A DNA stretch of 64,000 nucleotides, from NCBI RefSeq assembly GCF_006345805.1, contig NC_043004.1:85374001-85438000 (forward strand). The letters are read 5' to 3'. How positions within the stretch are numbered: position 1 is the stretch's first letter; every line of letters starts with the position of its first letter. Source of the stretch: Octopus sinensis. Its lineage: Eukaryota. The position numbers and the translations under genes are program-made. The notes under the pieces are model-generated. The model was given only the letters and a program-made list of their open reading frames with translations, did no database searches and was not told the DNA's origin. Of this stretch, positions 38,301 to 52,022 are shown in pieces.

Positions 38301-39339
38301 CAGGTTTTGTTTTCTTTGTTTTTTCGGGGGCATACAGCTGGTTTCAATTGCCCTAGCAGAAGCGTAAATAATTTCATTTAACTCAGTAAAATCAGGTTTT
38401 AATTCTCGTATTATTTCATTTGTTACATAGTTGCCAATTTGGATTTGTTTTTTATTTTGGTTTGTATTTGAGAGTTTATGAAGTGGTTCTCTATCATTCA
38501 TACTTGTATGTCTTACAACTTCAAGCGTATTCAGGATTTTCTGCCTCATTTCTGCCATAGACTCTCTGTGTTCTTCAGCAAATGCGAGATCTTCAGTTAC
38601 TGTTGTTTTTTCGTTTTCCTGGCTCTCTTTAACAGGTACAATAGAATTTCTTGTATCTTCAGGCCTTTGCGTACTTTGGTCAGATGGCAGTCTTTCAATT
38701 AAGCCTCGTGGCGGGCTATACTGTTCATCTGATTCTTCATTTCCTTTGTGTCTTATATTTATGTCATTTTCCGTTTCGTGCTTGATCGCGCTTATTTCAC
38801 TGTCTGTGAGTCTGTTATTTCTAAGGATATCCCTCCTCACATTTGCTAACTTGTTCTCGTCCAAATAGGGCCTACTGTCTTGATTCCGTGTTCTCCATAT
38901 ACTGTAAGAGTTTGCGGTGTGTCTCTCTTGAGATGGCCTACCTAATGCATAGTAATAAGTGTATATTACTTCTTTATACTCTTCTCGGGTCCATTTGTTC
39001 CGCTTACATTTTTCTTTCTGTGGTGGTTGTGGTGGTGAACTTGGAGGGCTCGAGTTGGGGGATTTCCCGTTCAAGTGACCATCCATGTCCGTATTCGGAG
39101 AAGAGTTTGTGCCAGTTGATGACTTTTCGATCCCAGGCTGGCTCTTCCCTGGGGGACGCGCTTCCAGATTAACCATAGGACAAGCGATTTGGTATACTGA
39201 TTTAGTTTTCCTTTTAGTTTCCAAAAACATTTTGGTGCTACGATAATGTTATCATTTTTTAGCTTTGAACGGCTCGTGGGGAGACGGCCATCATTGTCGT
39301 TACAATTATAATCGTACCATTATAGCAGCCGTAGTCGGC
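35376..39339 (-). mobile_element. Near full-length R4/Dong-clade non-LTR retrotransposon inserted in (TAA)n
   Basis: Single long ORF, short UTRs, (TAA)n at the 3' junction (35341-35375) and aataataa at the 5' junction. Confidence 0.92.
35545..39230 (-). CDS. R4/Dong-type polyprotein (~1228 aa: Myb-like N-terminus, RT, CCHC Zn knuckle, restriction-like endonuclease); one -1 frameshift at ~36550
   Basis: KWTREEYKEVIYTYY (Myb-like); NWKSPGKD, NYRPITCL, WIDYKKAFDS, GIFQGDSLSP, FYMDDLKL, YKYLG (RT); CRFC..ETVDHLISGC, RHD, KPDIVV, LIDMSIP, KLRKYKDL, PVIVGALG (RLE). Adding one A at TAC AAA[A]CA joins ORFs 36495-39230 and 35545-36501. Confidence 0.9.
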
Positions 39340-39823
39340 TTATTATTGTTATTATCATCACCATTACCATCACTATCATCATTATCACCACCATTACCAT
39401 CATCATTATCATCATCACCATCACCATCACCACCATCATCATCAATGATATTGTTTTATGTGTAGTCACAGCAGTATCTTATTATTGTTATTTTTGTTTT
39501 TTTTATCATTATCACCATCACAGTAGCGTCTGTCTGTCTCGTTGGCTGGCTTGGTGGTTGGCTGGCTGACTGTCTTCAACACCAGACTTCTTGCCTGTCA
39601 AATAATACTTTCTTTGTGTTGGTTGAACTCTTTGAGTGTGTGTGTGTGTAGATAGATAGATAGATTATCAGCAATATTACTATCATTATTATCATCATCA
39701 CCATCATCACCATCACCATCAGTGATATTTTTTTTTTTTTCTTTTTTTTTTTTTTTTAGGTGGGGTCCTATCGGTCAAAAAAAGTTCAGATGTTTACTAC
39801 TATTAGGCTTAAGAAAAATTAAG

Positions 39824-41000
39824 GAAGGGCTGTTCTGTATTGTTTGTGAATAGAGAAGTTGTGTTCGACCAGAGAGAATCTTAGCATCATCATCATTTTT
39901 TTTTTTTTCCATGTGCGTTTGTGTTATTGCAATAAAACGTGTTTGTATATTTCCTGTAAGGTAATATTGTGGGGGTTGAAGTTGACTTTTCTAGAGTGTT
40001 TGTATGTCCAGTTAGAAGAACAGGTGTGTTTTTACAATAAAAAGTATATGTTTACATTTATATTTGAATATTCAGGGAGGAAGCAAAGAAAAGTCAGATT
40101 TTCATAGAAAATTTTAGTCCACAAAAAGAAAAGCGTGATGTTTTTAGAGAGAAGAAAAAAAGAAAAAAGGATGTTTACAGAGGCAATTGTGGGTATCAAA
40201 GTTTTTAAAGCTGGTCGAATGTATGATTGAAAACTGTAGACATGTAAATTTATAAATTTTCTTAACTTATTTTGAAGGGCTGTTCTGTATTATTTGTGAA
40301 TAGAGAAGCTGTGTTCGACCAGAGAGAATCTTAACATCATTATTTTTTCCATGTGCGTTTGTGTTATTGCAATAAAAAGTGTTTGTATATTTCGTGCTTA
40401 TTTTGAAGGGCTGTTCTGTATTATTTGTGAATAGAGAAGCTGTGTTCGACCAGAGAGAATCTTAGCATCATCATCATTTTTTTTTTCCATGTGCGTTTGT
40501 GTTATTGCAATAAAAAGTGTTTGTATATTTCGTGCTTATTTTGAAGGGCTGTTCTGTATTATTTGTGAATAGAGAAGCTGTGTTCGACCAGAGAGAATCT
40601 TAGCATCATCATCATTTTTTTTTTCCATGTGCGTTTGTGTTATTGCAATAAAAAGTGTTTGTATATTTCGTGCAAGGTAATACTGTGGAGGTTGAAGTTG
40701 ACCCCTCTAGAGATGTTTGTATGTCCAGTTAGAAGAACAGGTGTGTTTTGCAATAAAGAGTATATGTTTACATTTATATTTGAATATTCTGGGAGGAAGC
40801 AAAGAAAAGTCAGATTTTCATAGAAAGTTTTAGGGTTTTGCAAGTCCACAAAAAGAAAAGCGTGATGTTTTTAGAGAGAAGAAGAAAAAAAAAGGGTGCT
40901 TACAGAGGCAGTTGTGGGTATTAAAGTTTTTAAAGCCGATCGGATGTATGTTTGAAAGCTGCAGATATGTAAATTTGTAAATTTCTTAACCCACTTTGAA
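39824..41000. repeat. Nested tandem duplication A-B-A-A-A-B (A ~130 bp, B ~320 bp)
   Basis: gaagggctgttctgtatt...tgtatatttc starts at 39824, 40274, 40405 and 40543; block B follows the first and last copies. Confidence 0.9.
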
Positions 41001-41165
41001 GAGAATTTCAAATACTCACGAGGTATTGTAGATGTTCCAGTCTTTGAGAGTTATTTTTCCCCGTTGCTAAACTGGCCCATATTAGTGTTTCTATGGCTTT
41101 CAGCCACCGAACTGTCAGAGCAGTGAGGAACACGTCCAGCCGCTGTCAAGGCTGGCGCTCTTCTC

Positions 41166-41174
41166 TTATTATTA

Positions 41175-41234
<60 letters not shown>

Positions 41235-41246
41235 TATTATTATTAA

Positions 41247-41307
<61 letters not shown>

Positions 41308-41335
41308 GTTATTATTATTATTATTATCATCATCT
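41166..41335. repeat. (TTA)n microsatellite
   Basis: Directly visible. Confidence 0.95.
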
Positions 41336-41499
41336 TTAGTAAAATATAAATTTAAATATATTATTAATATTGTACTAAAAATTACTATACTGAATAATAC
41401 ACAATATATCGTTTAGAGACGATATATTGAAATCGAGAATATCAACTTCGATCATTTCTAAATGTATAGTTTAATTATAATGTGTAAATTTATTTTATG

Positions 41500-42406
41500 T
41501 TATTTGCATGCAAGCGTGGAATTTATACTCGGAGATTAGTCAATATAAAGATCGGCAAAGGATTGGCGCCCCAAGAAAAACGACGGTGCAGTTGGACTGT
41601 CGAATTCACCGTCTTTCAGAAGGCAACCGAATGCTGACAGCCATTGACATTTGTAAACAATTGTCCAACGAGAATGGTGTTATTTTTACACCACAAACCG
41701 TCTGCAACCGTTCGAGAGAATTTGGACTACGTAGACGAATCGCTAGGAAAAAGGCAACGATATCCGAAAGAAATCGACTCAAACGCCTTAATTTCGCAAA
41801 AAGTCATGCTCAATGGACTGCCGAAGATTGGTACAGGGTCCTTTGGAGTGATGAGTCAGGCTTCTGTATATTTGGATCAGATGGTAAAACGTACGTCAGG
41901 CGTCGCCCAACTGAGGAATTCCATCCGAAATGCGCGAAAAAAGACGGCGCAAGCGGATTGTGGGGGTGTGATGGTGTGGGCGGCATTTAGGTGATGGCCC
42001 TCTAGATAAAGTTGATGGAATGCTAAATAGTGTAGGTTATATGAATCTACTAAATGATGATGTTGTGCCATATTTGACTCACCAAATGTCTCCAGGGGCT
42101 ATTTATCAACAGGACAATAGTTCTGTACATAAAGCCAAAAGGGTTATGGAATTCTTTGATCACAATAATGTTGACGTAATCGCATGGCCTCCCCAGAGCC
42201 CGGACCTATATCCAATCGAGAACTTGTGGAATTATGTTTGCAAAAATGTCCATGCTAAAAAACCATCTAGTCTAAAACAATAATTTGATTATATCAATGA
42301 AATATGGCAAAACATTCCCATAGAATTTTGTAATCACTTAGCCAATTCAATGCCGAGGCGTTATGCAGCCATTAATAAGAATGAAAGCTACGGCACAAGG
42401 TACTAA
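41500..42406 (+). pseudogene. Tc1-like DD34E transposase pseudogene
   Basis: GAPRKTT, VLWSDES (D1), VMVW, IYQQDN (D2), WPPQSPDLYPIENLW (E, 34 residues after D2), NSMPRR; frameshift ~41945 and internal stops; no clear TIR pair. Confidence 0.88.
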
Positions 42407-42674
42407 TATGTATTTCGTTCTTGATGCTCATTTTTGCTGTAATCCTAAGCTTTAAATATAATTATAATGATACGGTTTTGCCGGTAAATTTGAAACGTTT
42501 ATATTGATTTAGCATTAGAATTGTATAAAAATAGGTATTCTCAGCATCATTCGAACGAGAAATAAATTCTGCATAAGGTGTAAAAGATAACAATAATTTG
42601 CATGGTGTTAGTAACAAAATATTTTGCAAGAAATAGAAGTTTTATCATCGGTCTTAAATTTATATTCGCCAGTA

Positions 42675-42716
<42 letters not shown>

Positions 42717-42728
42717 ATATTATATATA

Positions 42729-42780
<52 letters not shown>

Positions 42781-42789
42781 ATATATATT

Positions 42790-42922
42790 CAACTGGCTTC
42801 TTTCAGTCTACCAAATCCACTCACAAGACTATAGTAGAAACACTTGTCACGCAGTGGGACTGAACCCGGAACCATTTGATTGGTAAGCAAGCTACTTACC
42901 ACACACCCACTCCTGCGCCTAT
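42790..42922 (-). mobile_element. Family A SINE, 5' half
   Basis: Reverse complement: ataggcgcaggagtgggtgtgtggtaagtagcttgc...ggttcagtcccactgcg (tRNA-like A/B boxes). Confidence 0.75.
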
Positions 42923-44814
42923 AGAGATAAATCTTTATATCTTTGTATACATGAACACACACGCACTGCTGTTGTGTATCCGAGTATGTTTATGTTTTAA
43001 CAAAGAAAAGAAAATTTCACTTCAAATGTACTTACTCCTGTCCATTGCTTGGTGAGAATAAATTATCCTCTAATGATGTACTATAATACGATTCGAATCT
43101 AAGCTACACCAAAGACAGTAGTCTAACAGTAAGCAGATATTTATAATTTCAAACACGCAAGTAAGCTTTTTCAGTATCTATACGAACTGATCATGAACGG
43201 TGGTTTTATTAGAATGAATAATACATACAATTCGCAGATAGTATTCTACGTATGAGTGGTAATTGGTTTTGAAAACAGTGCTATCTTAAAATTATTCTGT
43301 ATTTCTCACAATACTTGAAGTCTACTTGTTCCATTATATCCCGGTTTCAAGTCTCAAAGTTATTTGACTTCCTTTGAATTACTTACGAAGAAAGTATTGT
43401 TTTCCAATCGTTAAGAAAAATCATCTAAACCAATCTAATAACGAAATTGCATATGAAAGAAAAGCGAATCAACTAGATTCAAAATGGAATAGATTAGCAT
43501 TGATTTTAAATGGCTTCATCATAAATTTTAAATAAATCAATAAAGCAAAATAGAACCAAATATATAAATATAAATTTGGTAAAGAAATCTCATTTCTTCT
43601 CTTTTTATTTTTGTTTTTTCATGTATAAAATTAAGTAAGCGAGCTAAAATATTCGGAATGAATCCCACAGGAAGAATTTATCGAGTGAGAAATAAAGAAT
43701 TTCTGTTATATTTTTCTGAAGGTTACCGACCAGAAATTAAGTAGAAAAAGACAAAAACGATGAGAAATAAATAAAAGAAGCTGGAGCTATTGTTTAACCG
43801 AAAACAGCCAATAAGAAAGAAGAGATGTGGTTTGATTCTGCAATTCTTTTCACTGCAATTCAAATTGAATTTTCAGATAAGAATTCTTAGTGCTATGTAT
43901 TATTGATCAGTCTTTCCTATCAGCTATTTAAAACACAAATCCCGGATGACAACAATTTATAAATGAAAGACGAGAAAAGAAATTGAAAGAAATATTTCTT
44001 ATTTCATTAGAATGGAGAATCTATTAGGGTAAATAATACTTCAGAATCAATAAATGTGGTTTTAGGAGTACAACTATAAGAGAACAGATATTTTTCACAG
44101 CAATATATATGATAAATGGCTACTGACTAGTCTATTAAACCATATGAGACGTAAAGCGGTTGGAATATATATTTGTGAATGTCAGCATCCTGGGGCATTG
44201 GATACAGAAACTCCAACCTACCTATTAATTATTCACATACTTATAAACGTAATTTATTTTGTACCGAAAGTAGCAAACGTTAGACGCCGCCATGATATTT
44301 TCCTCTCCGTTCCAATTAATTTCTGAGTAGGCATTGTTAACTGGCAACTCCCAGCAAGCCATGGCATTCGATACTCCAAAAACTAACTAACATACTATTT
44401 ATTTTCCATTCAATAATCTTATTAACTTAATTCGAAAATATATGGATTTGGGAAATGTAATTTGCCGCGAAAAATTTCACGGTGTTACGTTTAGTGGGTA
44501 GAAGCCAATTCTTCATAATATTCGGGCAAGTTATTACTATATCCTGGCAAGTAATTTGGAAATTTGGAGAATCTATGCAAATTATTGGTCATTTTCATAT
44601 TTTAATGGCAATCTTCGTGTTAATCAGATGGTTTAAAAACGAGCGCTACACACACACACACACATACACACACGTATATGTGTGTATGTGTGTGTATACT
44701 TTATGTATATATATATATATACATACATAAATAGAAGTACACACACATATATATGTATGTATGTATACAGAGTGAGTGGAGGAGGAAGAGGAAGAGAGAA
44801 AGACCAGAAAATAG

Positions 44815-44886
44815 ACAGACAGACACATAGATAGATAGATACATACATATATACATAGATAGATATATATAGATAGATAGTGATAA

Positions 44887-44955
<69 letters not shown>
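44815..44955. repeat. (GATA)n microsatellite
   Basis: Directly visible. Confidence 0.95.
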
Positions 44956-44958
<3 letters not shown>

Positions 44959-46254
44959 GTGTTCTATGTTTCCCTATTGGGAATAGCAACAAGAATTTCT
45001 TGTCTTTCGTGTTCGGGTCAGTTAATGTTCCGATAAATAATTCGAAATGCTCAGAGATAACGCAATTCGCTTTTACATTATTGAACTTTGCGAAGATCAT
45101 TCACAGACACACTAACAGATATACCCACACGCACGGACACACGCTCGTACACATATGCACTCACTCTTATAGACACTCACGCACCTATATACACACACAC
45201 TCACACACACACGCACACAAATGCGTGTGCACACGAAATATAAGAACACATTTGTGTCGCTATGTATTTGTCTTCTTATTTATCTACCTCTACAATACGA
45301 GAAAATGTGCTGAATCTATACACGCTCTACTTCAGCTCTATATACTGACAATACTATAGCAGTTCCCACCAAATACGGAGATGCCACTTTACATCCATGT
45401 ATCCTTTATTTTAGCCCAATATTCCTGGGAGTATCATAGGCGTAGATTCTTTAATCACATCCTCCATAGGGGCCAGACAAAGGCAAGCGCCGTTACACTT
45501 ATGTTGGTCTGTTTGCGGCACCATGGAGTACAAAATGGTTAAGCGGGAACGAAGAATAAGTATTCCTCTTCAAATATATAAGTCAGAAGTTCGTTGTCAT
45601 CGATTAAGCATTTCTATACACATGCATATATAGAGATCGATACGTACATACGTATGTACGTACCTATAAACACACACGCATACAAATATACATATATGCA
45701 TACGTAAGTGGGTGGTTGCTTGAGTGAGCGTATGTATGTATAAACAACTGCTTGTGTTTATATAGAAGAGAACCTTTCTCTATGGAATAAATATTTTTAG
45801 TCTACAAATATTTTGGTATTATACATGAGTTTGTTAATATTTTCTTTTATTCCCAAATCATTCCATACGATTCTTCGAAATCATTACTAAATGATAAAGT
45901 TTGTACACAGCTATAAACTATATTTCGATATATATCTACATATATACACAGACAGGCACACACACACACACACACACATACACACGCACACAAAACGCCA
46001 TTTATTTTAAACATGAATATGGATTTGAAAAGAAACTTGCCCAAAACTTTAAACGGAGAGAAAAATATTATGCTTCTAAAAAATATTATTTCTTGTGATC
46101 AACCACGAATAAAATGAAACGAAATATCACACCAAAATATTATCACGGGACTTGGGAATAACAAAAATAATTCCAAAATATTTATTATTTTCGTTTGCAT
46201 GATTTTTCGTTATTTCCTTATTATTTTCACGAATATAAGAAAGTATTTGTCGTC

Positions 46255-46378
46255 ACTATTATCATTATTATCATTACCATTATTATTATTGTTGTTGTTG
46301 TTGTTGTTGTAGTTCTTCTTCTTCTTCTTCTTCTTCTTCTTCTCTTCTTCTTCTTATTATTATTATTATTATTATTAT

Positions 46379-46431
<53 letters not shown>

Positions 46432-46455
46432 ATAGTAGTAGTAGTAGTAGTAGTG
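46255..46455. repeat. Compound trinucleotide microsatellite (ATT)(GTT)(CTT)(ATT)(AGT)
   Basis: Directly visible consecutive triplet runs. Confidence 0.95.
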
Positions 46456-47404
46456 TTATTAACATCATCTCACTGGTTATTATAATTATTGGTAGTAGGT
46501 TTTGTTGTTGTAACTGTAGTATTATTCTCATTACTGCTATAACTATCGTTTCGTTATTATTAAAAATATCGCGTTCATTCTAGTGTACAAAACAACATAG
46601 CAACAATAACAACAACAACAGCATCAACAACAGCAACAACCTTAATAACCAAAACTGTATCTATGATGGAGAATAAATGTTTGAAAAGATTTATATTCAA
46701 TTCAGTAAAGAAAGACGAAACATTTTTTTTTTATTCATTGTTTCTGTGTGTTTTTGATTTTTGTTGTTGATTTTTTCATCCTGCTTTTTGTATTTTATCA
46801 CTTTCCGCCACATTTACAACGCATTAGGATATACATATGGAAAGTTTCATAGAGACATTTTCAAAACTTTTCTTATACAACAGTTATGGTGCCGTCTTCA
46901 TGAATTGCATGGTTCAGTACAGTCCGTGCTTGAATGAAACTTCATTAGGCTTATAGCGATGAGAAACAATTCTTCACGAAGATAAGTTTCCCTATATTGT
47001 AAGTTCTTTGTCTGGCATGAATTTCAATAAACTATCTGTTAACTGTCGTGCATCAATTTATACCAAATTTATGATTTCTAATTCTCTAGTCAAGTTAATG
47101 AAACATTAAATATCTTGCAGGTATGTAGATCTGTAGATTCTTGCGGCGAGATCCTAGCACATGAGCCATACGGGAGTGTCTTCTTTAATACGAAACTTTC
47201 TAGAAGTATTAGAAATAACTAACCCAAAGCAAACATTTGCATTACGAAGAACAGCAAGTAGATAAAATAGCATACATCAATAGATTATTCGGGAGAAAAG
47301 TAAGCTACGATACAATGGTCAGAAGTATGTTTGATTTTACTCTGATTCAGTGGGTCTTAAACGAGGCCTCTAGGGTATTATATATAAAGTTTTATTGTCA
47401 AAAT

Positions 47405-47805
47405 TTATATGCAATAAATTTCTTTGGTATGGTTTTGTGGTAAGAAGCGTGCTTCTTAACCATATGTTCCCGGTTTCAGTCCCACTGCGAGACACCTTGG
47501 GCAAGTGTCTCTTCTGTTACAGCCTTGTGAGTGGATTTGGTAGACGGAAACTGTAAGAAGCCATCATATATATATACACGCATATGTATGTATGTGTTTG
47601 TTTGTCTCTATTTGTGGCCCAACCATTGCTTGACAACCGATGTTGGTGTATTTATGTCTCGGTAACTTAGCTGTTCAATAAAAGAGATCAATAGGATAAA
47701 TAATAGGCTTACAGAGAATAAGTCCTAGGGTCTATTTCTTCGACTAAAAGGCGGTGCTTCAGCATGGCCGCAGTCAAATGACTGAAACATATATAAGAAT
47801 AAAAG
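47405..47805 (+). mobile_element. Family A SINE, near full-length
   Basis: gtggtaagaagcgtgcttc...ggtttcagtcccactgcg...gtgagtggatttggtagacggaaact...ggcggtgcttcagcatggccgcagtcaaatgactgaaac. Confidence 0.85.
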
Positions 47806-48149
47806 ACTACATCCACAACGCACAACATAGGATCATTTTTATATTCTTATAATCTTCTATTTGTTTCTGTCACTTGACTGCGGCCATGCTGGAGAACCGC
47901 CTTTATATATATATCTAATTGTTACGGAGGCCCAGCAGAGTAAAATGAGAATCGATGGGGTCAATAAGGGGGAAAAATGATTGAGAACGACGACTAGTCT
48001 AAAAGCCTGTGTTTGCCAAAAAGAGCCCTGGGCTAAAAAACATTGTTTTTATCATTAGTATGGTGACTATATTCAAAAAGGCTCAGTCTAGACAAACACG
48101 GAATTTATCCTTGAAGAACTGATTTAATTTTCCGGCAAGGCATCGACGC

Positions 48150-48211
<62 letters not shown>

Positions 48212-49119
48212 TCCATGTAATAAATGATGTAGTTTCAATTGGCTACAACTAGTTGGTTTTTCTACAGCTCAGTAGTCGCATGCACGACACAGTAAGTCTA
48301 AAGGCGAAACGCATCTGTCAATCTCGTGAGAGTCACTTCAACGATGATATTCATCTTGCCCCCATTTATAAGTATATAATAGAACAACTGAATGAATATA
48401 TATTATCTCAGACATTTCCACAGCATCGTGCCTTCAAACGGCGTGTATACATTTTGTTTTATTATTCTCGGTCTTTTCCCATAAAATACCAATCAGATAT
48501 CGGATTATTTTCATGGAATATACAAATTTCAAACCCATTTGGGTTGGTTTGATCCCTTTCTAAGAGATCAATATAACAAGTTATTAATTTATGATATATT
48601 TGAAGGATCAGTGAGCAAATATTTAACTGCATTTATAACCACTGTGTTTTCAGCTAACACCAGGAACAAGTCAACCTTTTACATGACACGAATCGACAAT
48701 CGGAAAGGTCAGGCAAGAATTGAAGTTGATTATATCGACTGATCTCACCGGCTACAAATCCTCTAACCACGTGCTGCCAATCTTCCAACCAGTCTCGTTT
48801 TACACTGATCCATTCATAGCTCATCTGAGAAAATGCAGTACGGTCAATTGTGAAACATGTTATGTTTATCACAAATTGATCTGTGTCAACACAAATCAGC
48901 AATCAGTCGAAGATTGTGTTTGTAACGCAAAAATGTGGTCCGTCGACGCAATGCGAAGCTGTTTAATTATATATATATATACTTTTTAAATTTAAATAAT
49001 TTACATTTTGAATTTTATATTTTATATATTTTTTGTATATTATACTAATTAATTTTCTTTCTGTTTTTTGGTTTATGTTTTTCACTTTTTGATTTACCTA
49101 ATTGTGGTTTTATCTCTAA

Positions 49120-49187
<68 letters not shown>

Positions 49188-49199
49188 AATCACCATGGT

Positions 49200-49379
49200 A
49201 GATCGTTAGTCACTCAACCTTTTTCTATTTTCTTTCCCTGTTTATTTCTGTGTCCCTTTCTGTCGAAGAGCGTAGGCTCGACACGTAAAAGAATTTCTCA
49301 CTTCCCGAGTGTTAAACTTATGTATCTGTTTGTTGTTTACACACCCGTCTTTTTTTGTCTTTTCTAAATTCTGATTATA

Positions 49380-49447
<68 letters not shown>

Positions 49448-49650
49448 ATTTACGCACACAAACCCGACAAATTCAGAAAGACTACAAAGGTACCTGATCA
49501 TAAGAAAACCAATCAAATGCGTGCATACTGTACAACAGGAAAAACAAATTCCCTGCACGAGTTTGATGTCAACGAATCTACAACTCTTTCGATTTACAAA
49601 GTGTGTGAGGACGATTTATTTATCGATATTCTTAAATTTTTGAACCAAAC
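49200..49650 (+). mobile_element. Probable PLE remnant: hammerhead-like terminal repeat (49200-49370) plus short degenerate segment
   Basis: Homologous to 361-530; CTTT-CTGTCGA-A-GAGC-GTAG-GCTC-GACA-CGTA-AAAG. The downstream peptide only weakly recalls a GIY-YIG C-terminus. Confidence 0.4.
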
Positions 49651-50341
49651 ATAGGTGATAATCTAGGATATATGCATTAAACTGGAAGTTGGGGACTAGA
49701 TAAGAATTATCGGAAGAGGAGTATTTAAACTTTCTGAATGCAACTAACACTAAGGGTAATTGTGGTTTTCAAGCGACTCTAATCGATTATGTACAGTACC
49801 AGTCAAGAACTGGAGTCTATATTTGACTGACGTTGGCGGACACAAATCCTATAGCATTATCCTACCAATCTTCAAAATTCAGTAGAGTAAATTAAAGAAA
49901 GCGAACAGAAAAAAAAAATAAGTGGAAATATAAAATGCTTCTAAGTTAAAACATCTTAAAGACGAAAGTAAGAAACAAAAAAAACAAAACAAAAGAAAGT
50001 GATGCAATATATAATTTATCGTTTTTGTTGTTATTTTCTGTGGATTTTTGTTTTTCATATGTTGGTCTCTTTTTCTTTTTATTTATTTATTTATTTCTTA
50101 GTTTGCAAAAAAAATATAAAGCAAAAACAAATTTGTGAAATATTGCGATACAGTCGCTTGGTCAACACAAGCACCATGGAAACAACGGCTGATTTATCTT
50201 CAAAGTCATCAAAGGCAAAAGCGAAACTGTTTATATGTTTATAGATGAATACTTTATGACTTTCTATCAGAAAGTTTCAGTGATATATATATATATATAT
50301 ATATATATGCGTGTGTCTGTGTCTGTGTGTGTATGTATATG

Positions 50342-50372
<31 letters not shown>

Positions 50373-50455
50373 ACATGTGTGAGTATGTATTTGTATATAT
50401 GAATGTATATATATATATATATGTGTGTGTGTGTATATCTATACACATGAGCGTA

Positions 50456-50494
<39 letters not shown>

Positions 50495-52022
50495 TTATTA
50501 CATACATATGTGTATATGTAAAAGCGCATTTACGTGTCTTTGTATATACGTATACATATATACATATATACATATATATGTTCATATAGACATACATAAA
50601 TGTGTGAATACTGATACAACATATACAAATATATGCACATTTTCACACATACATACACTCTCATAAAGCTATTCTTGTAATATACGTGAGTGCGGATTGT
50701 GGGGAGATAAGTATGCGTATTTATGTGTGTTAATGTATGCAAATGTGTACGTCTAGGCGTATAGCGGTTGTATGTGTCTTTTTTCGTATTATAGAAAGAG
50801 TTGTTTACGCAAAATCACTAACGTCGAGAAACGGTCCATGTCTATGAGTATCCCTGTGTATGTGTGTGTTTGTAAATAGGCGTATGTACGTGTGTACGCA
50901 TCGAGGTATATATATACGTATGTATGTATAAATGTATTCATTAATATATATGTTTGTCTGCGTATATGCATATATATATATGTATGCATTTATGTACGTA
51001 AGTATACACTCACACACACGTGTATATATATATATATGTATGTATATATGTATGTATGTATATGTCTATACTTGTAAGCACATATATACAGATACACGAA
51101 TTACCGACATCTTAGAACTAACGTACTTCGTGGAAACAAAAGCTTTTAAGAAAAATACGTAAGGAAAGAAAGAAATGTACGTTAATGCAATTGTTATATA
51201 TTTGCAACAAATATTACGAACGCGTCGTTAGTGAAATGACTATCACAATTTTACTAATAGATATATTGTAGCTTTAAGACATTTTTTAACGTTATGTCAC
51301 GATATATTTGCTTGCAGCACAAGTCATACATGATGTGTACTTGTCTATACGTCATGAGTGGTGGAAGCGAAAGCAGGAAAAGCGATATAATTATTTCAAA
51401 GTTGATATAACGAGGAAAGAAAAGTTCACCAACTGAAGTCCTTGACTATTAAATATCTTTATGCAGTTTTCTGCCCGCATCAATTTTTTCTTGTTCATCA
51501 ACAAGTTCATGAGTGCAGAATATAGGTAATATATACTTGTGATGCCAGAAAATCAATTTAAAATAGAAGCAGCAAAATAAAAACAGCGAAAAAATATGAA
51601 GTTAATATTGTTTTGTATGTTGTGAATTGGGAAGTAAGAAAATATGACGCTTCCGCCATGGGTCATTCACAGGGAAGGAAAAAGTAATAAGGAATATATT
51701 TTTGAGTAAAAGTACGAGAGGAACGACTTTTATAGAATGATAAACCGTGCTGTGATAAACGGGAAAGAATGATTTATGCTGTTATAACAAAATCCTGAAC
51801 AATAATATAAGCGGTGTAAATGTGTCGAACGTGGGAGGGAAAATGAATCTTCAGTAACATAGATAACGTAGCAGTCTGTGTACGAAAATCATGTGAGATA
51901 AATTTATGTACGCGTGGAAAAATTGCGTAAATGTGTTTATGTACGCGTATAAGTTAATGTATGAACATGTTTGCGTGCGGACATAGGAATGATGGGTATG
52001 AATAAGCTATAATAGGTGTTGT

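Noticed and set aside
39231-39339. HDV-like ribozyme in the 5'UTR of the R4/Dong element (CTC-CCCAC-GAG, GCTAA)
   Set aside because: The P3 loop is too short and I could not build P1, P1.1, P2 or P4. An RNArobo/Infernal search would be decisive.
39824-40670. CRISPR-like array
   Set aside because: Eukaryotic context, units of 130+ bp, no unique spacers, no cas genes.
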